This document shows positions 60,189-64,000 of a stretch of DNA of 64,000 bases, piece after piece. Each line of letters starts with the position of its first letter. Position 1 is the first letter of the stretch. The DNA lies in contig JBHLKM010000004.1 of the NCBI GenBank assembly GCA_048886685.1, positions 124,342-188,341 of the forward strand, given 5' to 3'. Both the position numbers and the translations under genes were made by a program. This stretch comes from Candidatus Hodarchaeota archaeon (GTDB lineage: Archaea > Asgardarchaeota > Lokiarchaeia > Sigyniarchaeales > SOKP01). The notes beneath the pieces were generated by a model. The model made no database searches. It was not told the origin of the DNA and was given only the letters and a program-made list of their open reading frames with translations.

Positions 60189-60734
60189 TTATTCATTAGA
60201 ATCTTTTTTTGGCCATTCATCTTTTAGGATTCCCATCATGATGACATCATGATACTCGCCATTTTTAAAGATTGCTTTTCGTCGAGTTCCCTCCTCTTTA
60301 AATCCAACTTTTTTATATGATTTTAATGCTCTAATATTAAAATCATATGTCTCAAGTTGAATCCTATTAAGATTTAATGTATTAAAACCGTATTCAACAA
60401 GCAGTTTCATTGCTTCGGTTCCATATCCCTTACCTTGATTCTCCGTTTCTCCTACCATAATTCCACAAGTACCAACGCGGTTTTGCCAATTTACATCTAT
60501 TGAACAATTACCAATAAGTTTTTCATTTTTATTTTGGTCATAAATTAAAATAGCAAAAATAAAGAAATTCTCTCGATTTTTTAAACTATTATACCAATCT
60601 TCTTCCATTTCTCTTGTAAGTGGGCGGTATATTAAAAGATATTGCGTAAGTTCGGGATTATTCATCCATTTTAAATAAGTTTCAATATAATCTCTTTTAA
60701 TTGGGCCAAGTATGACTCTATCTCCTTTTAACAT
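60189..60734 (-). CDS. GNAT acetyltransferase, RimJ/RimL/SpeG type
   Basis: QGKGYGTEA, LNLNRI, NIRALKSYKKVGF-EEG. Confidence 0.92.
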   Translation of the reverse strand: MLKGDRVILGPIKRDYIETYLKWMNNPELTQYLLIYRPLTREMEEDWYNSLKNRENFFIFAILIYDQNKNEKLIGNCSIDVNWQNRVGTCGIMVGETENQGKGYGTEAMKLLVEYGFNTLNLNRIQLETYDFNIRALKSYKKVGFKEEGTRRKAIFKNGEYHDVIMMGILKDEWPKKDSNE

Positions 60735-60813
60735 AACAAAGAAAATCTATTTTTGCATAAAAAATTATTGAAATCTTTGTCCAAAAGGAAAATAAGAAAG
60801 ATAAATAAGTTTA

Positions 60814-63702
60814 TTAAAAGGTTATACCATAATAACGAGCTACATATTTCACAATCTCAAAAGAGATAATACAGATTAAGGAAACTAAAAAGCACAATAA
60901 CCAATCTAAACCCGTTAAGTACATAAACATAAAATTAATTCCTGCCTCTGCGAGTGCTACTTGAACACCAGGAATATACATTAGCATTATAAAGAGTGCA
61001 AATAAAAACCCAATTATAAGGTACATTCTTTTATTGCTATCTTCTATTAAACTCCTTATTAATGATTTATTTGGTCGTCTAATCTGAAATATTAAAAATG
61101 ATTCACAGAAAAACAACGTAACCATAAGCATTGTTAAAGTTTTTGCCTCAGTTAATCCTACACTAAAGGGATTTAAATCAGCATTTTCAGCCGTATAAAG
61201 GTATGCATTATTAAAATTACCAAATTCCCAATTTTCTGAAAAGACCGGATAGATTCCACTAAATGTAAACCAATATACTACAACCATACTGACAGCTAGT
61301 AATAATCCAAATATAAATAAAAGAACAATAATGTTTTTCGAAAGAATTTCTTCAGAGTCCCTTGGTTTTTCTTTCATTACGTCCTTGGATGTTGAATCAA
61401 AAGTCAGTACTAAACCTGGGAACATATGTAAAGTTATCGAAAGGAAAATCCATTGATAATAAAAAGCTTCATCTAAGAAATAAGGCAAATCTAATATAAT
61501 TGCTAACAAAAATTGGATAATACCTTCAAAAACATTAATGCAAATATAAAAGAATACCACGGCTCGAATTCTTGCAAATATACCTCTCCCATGATGAATA
61601 CCAGTAACAATGGAATTAAAAGAATCGTCTGAGATTACCATATCTGAAGCTTCTTTAGCTACGTCAGTTCCTGTGATTCCCATTGCCACACCCGCATCTG
61701 CCATATTTAAGGCTAAAGCATCATTTACACCATCGCCTGTCATAGCAACAACTTTTTTTTGTGCTTGATAATGTTCCACGATATCCTCTTTATGTTCTGG
61801 GGAAACTCGTGCAAATACCTTGATGTTAGAAAATTCTTCATACGATTGAATGTTATTGACATCCTTACCTTCAGTTACTATATCACTTTCTTTTGTTATA
61901 ATCGCTATTTGCGAGGCAATCGCTCTCGCTGTAGTTGGTGAATCCCCTGTAATCATCACAACATCTACTCCCGCTTCATGGCACTGTTCTACAGATTCTT
62001 TGACACCTTCTCGTGGAGGATCTAGTATTGTAACAAATCCTATAAAGGTTAAATCCGATTCACTTACTTTTCTACCCTCATCACCTTCAGGAGGGATGTC
62101 ATTCATTTCTTTATAACATAAACTTAATATTCTATATCCTTGATTTGCATATAGATTTACAATTTCCATTACTTTTGTTCTAATCTCTTCATTTAACTCA
62201 ATTTCCTTATCTTGATATATAATTTTTTTACATAAAGGCAATAAAACTTCACTTGCTCCCTTTGTAAAAGAAACATAAACATGATCTCTCTTATATAGTT
62301 TAGTCATTCTTTTTACCAAAGAATCAAAAGGATATTCTGTTATAGATTCATATTCATCAAGAAGATAATCACCCATCCCTTTCTGAAATAACACCATCAA
62401 GGCACCCTCCGTAGGAGAACCAATTACATCCCAATTATAATGTGTTTTCCCGGAGATCTCAAGTTCGTTTTTTACTAAAGCAGAATTATTATTTAGAAAA
62501 CCAGAAGTTAATAATAATTTAAGATAAGGGTATTCATCGATATGCTTAATATAAATGTGATTTTTAGGATCATCCATTAATACGATTTCTCCTTCAGGAT
62601 TATACCCACTACCTGTAATTCTAAATATTGACCCATTTGTCCAAACATGCTGAATAGACATCTGATTTTTAGTTAATGTTCCTGTTTTATCAGAACATAC
62701 AACACTTACACGCCCTAAACTATCAACTGAAGCAAGGTTCCTTATAATAACACCACGATGAGCCATTGCAAGAACTCCAGTTATTAAAACAATCGTTACG
62801 AGTAAAGGAATATTGATAGGCATAAGATCAAGAGCCGAATTCAGACTTTCAACAATCTCGAGTCGTTCAAATTTACTTGCTACCCATATTATTATCAATG
62901 TTATAAACCAAAATATAAAAACAGCCAGACCTAACCATTTACCAAAATTGTTCATTTTCTGTCGAATTGGGATTTCACTGGTTCCAGCTTCTTCCAGACC
63001 ATGAGAAATCTTTCCTATTTCAGTATATCCTCCTGTTTTTACTACGATTGATTTCCCTGTACCAGTTGTAATATATGTTCCATAAAAAACCATATTTTTA
63101 CGTTCACCAATAGATATATCTTCATTTTTTAATGCTTTTCCTATTTCAGATTTTCTGACAGGCTCTGATTCTCCAGTTAGAGAAGCTTCATTAACTACCA
63201 AGTTAAAAGATTGAATTATTCTAGCATCAGCAGGGACCTTATCCCCTTGCTCTAATACTAATAAATCTCCATTAACAATATTCTTGGTTGGAACATCCAT
63301 CTTTTGGCCATCTCTTATAATAGTAGACGTAGGAGCTGTTAATTCACGTAAAGCTTCAAGCTTTTTAGTTGCTCTATATTGTTGAATGATGGCAACCAGA
63401 CAATTAATGAAAACGATTCCTAAAGTCAAAGCAATAAAGGTTAAATTTCCCTCACCACCAAAAGCCCAGGCTAAGAATAATATCAAGGCTCCGATAAGGT
63501 ATATCACAATTAACCAATTAAATAATGGCGCTAAATATATTTTAATGAACCCTTTCGAGACTTTAGGTATCTCATTTAAACCATACTCCTCTAATCTTCT
63601 CATAGCTTCCTTTTGAGATAAACCTTTATCAGGATTAGTTTGGAGTTTTTTATAAATTTGCTCTAGTTCAAGATTATAAAAGTTTTCTTCTGGAGCTTCC
63701 AT
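60814..63702 (-). CDS. P2-like P-type ATPase with non-canonical ion-binding residues
   Basis: LTGES, DKTGT, KGASE, DPPR, MITGD, TGDGVND; 10 TM; M4 reads PINIP rather than PEGLP. Confidence 0.93.
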   Translation of the reverse strand: MEAPEENFYNLELEQIYKKLQTNPDKGLSQKEAMRRLEEYGLNEIPKVSKGFIKIYLAPLFNWLIVIYLIGALILFLAWAFGGEGNLTFIALTLGIVFINCLVAIIQQYRATKKLEALRELTAPTSTIIRDGQKMDVPTKNIVNGDLLVLEQGDKVPADARIIQSFNLVVNEASLTGESEPVRKSEIGKALKNEDISIGERKNMVFYGTYITTGTGKSIVVKTGGYTEIGKISHGLEEAGTSEIPIRQKMNNFGKWLGLAVFIFWFITLIIIWVASKFERLEIVESLNSALDLMPINIPLLVTIVLITGVLAMAHRGVIIRNLASVDSLGRVSVVCSDKTGTLTKNQMSIQHVWTNGSIFRITGSGYNPEGEIVLMDDPKNHIYIKHIDEYPYLKLLLTSGFLNNNSALVKNELEISGKTHYNWDVIGSPTEGALMVLFQKGMGDYLLDEYESITEYPFDSLVKRMTKLYKRDHVYVSFTKGASEVLLPLCKKIIYQDKEIELNEEIRTKVMEIVNLYANQGYRILSLCYKEMNDIPPEGDEGRKVSESDLTFIGFVTILDPPREGVKESVEQCHEAGVDVVMITGDSPTTARAIASQIAIITKESDIVTEGKDVNNIQSYEEFSNIKVFARVSPEHKEDIVEHYQAQKKVVAMTGDGVNDALALNMADAGVAMGITGTDVAKEASDMVISDDSFNSIVTGIHHGRGIFARIRAVVFFYICINVFEGIIQFLLAIILDLPYFLDEAFYYQWIFLSITLHMFPGLVLTFDSTSKDVMKEKPRDSEEILSKNIIVLLFIFGLLLAVSMVVVYWFTFSGIYPVFSENWEFGNFNNAYLYTAENADLNPFSVGLTEAKTLTMLMVTLFFCESFLIFQIRRPNKSLIRSLIEDSNKRMYLIIGFLFALFIMLMYIPGVQVALAEAGINFMFMYLTGLDWLLCFLVSLICIISFEIVKYVARYYGITF

Positions 63703-63825
63703 ATCGGGTCAACCAGTTTCAGTATTATAATTTAGAGATAATTCATTTATAAAATCTAATCAATATAATAAATAACCAATAATAATCATGCCTTTTAATA
63801 TTACTTTTTTTTGAAAAATAGCTAT

Positions 63826-64000
63826 TTAGCGATAATTTTTTTTATATTCTTTTTTGGTTATTTTTGAAACATTATCAATTGCAAATAAGATGAAATTACA
63901 GCATTTGTTTTCCCATGTACGGGTTTTAAAATACTGCTTAAGATCGATATTTAAGTCAAATCCACATAATTCCTCACACATTACGGATCCAAATGGGGTC
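63826..64000 (-). CDS. 3' end of a probable C-GCAxxG-C-C family redox protein (partial, runs off the window)
   Basis: Manual translation: ...PFGSVMCEELCGFDLNIDLKQYFKTRTWENKCCNFILFAIDNVSKITKKEYKKNYR*. Confidence 0.6.
   Translation of the reverse strand, partial: TPFGSVMCEELCGFDLNIDLKQYFKTRTWENKCCNFILFAIDNVSKITKKEYKKNYR

Noticed and set aside
5998-63616. Many short antisense or alternate-frame ORFs (e.g. 5998..6429, 13564..13977, 26279..26617, 58602..59066)
   Set aside because: They lie inside well-supported genes, have Phe/Ser/Ile-biased shadow composition and show no motifs.
1-64000. tRNA, rRNA, transposase or integrase genes
   Set aside because: Intergenic regions are short and AT-rich with no cloverleaf-like GC stems, and no ORF shows DDE, HUH or recombinase motifs. 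A covariance-model scan was not possible.

Overview
This is a strongly AT-rich, gene-dense chromosomal segment, most likely from an Asgard archaeon of the Lokiarchaeia/Promethearchaeia. That assignment is inferred from archaeal TBP, eL13, UPF0147, an MtrH-like protein and an archaeosortase, plus many eukaryotic-signature domains. About 50 CDS are visible. I recognised no rRNA, tRNA, CRISPR array or transposase. Housekeeping and metabolic content includes thrC/hom, kbl/tdh, ppsA, a CoA-transferase pair, two acyl-CoA ligases and a P-type ATPase. The main feature is a dispersed small-GTPase signalling toolkit: six small GTPases (four Arf/Rag-like, two Rab-like), roadblock domains and two kinds of longin-like domain. 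Five proteins carry a uDENN/longin domain with the 'GPxP...P' opening motif of SMCR8/folliculin/NPRL2/C9orf72. Four of the five also keep a D/E-x-x-x-R-G loop matching the GAP arginine finger of folliculin and SMCR8. One of these domains is fused to a response-regulator receiver, and that gene sits between a membrane histidine kinase and a stand-alone small GTPase (37.7-41.0 kb). This suggests a two-component system wired directly to a eukaryote-type GTPase switch, and it is my best candidate for an undescribed system. Other oddities are a class III RNR paralogue without catalytic residues, a P2-like ATPase with a rebuilt ion site, a 5 x 56-bp palindromic tandem array with inverted satellite copies, two genes that apparently start at ATT, and an acetoacetate-decarboxylase-family gene with an in-frame TAA. 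All family assignments are by eye from motifs; no searches were run.
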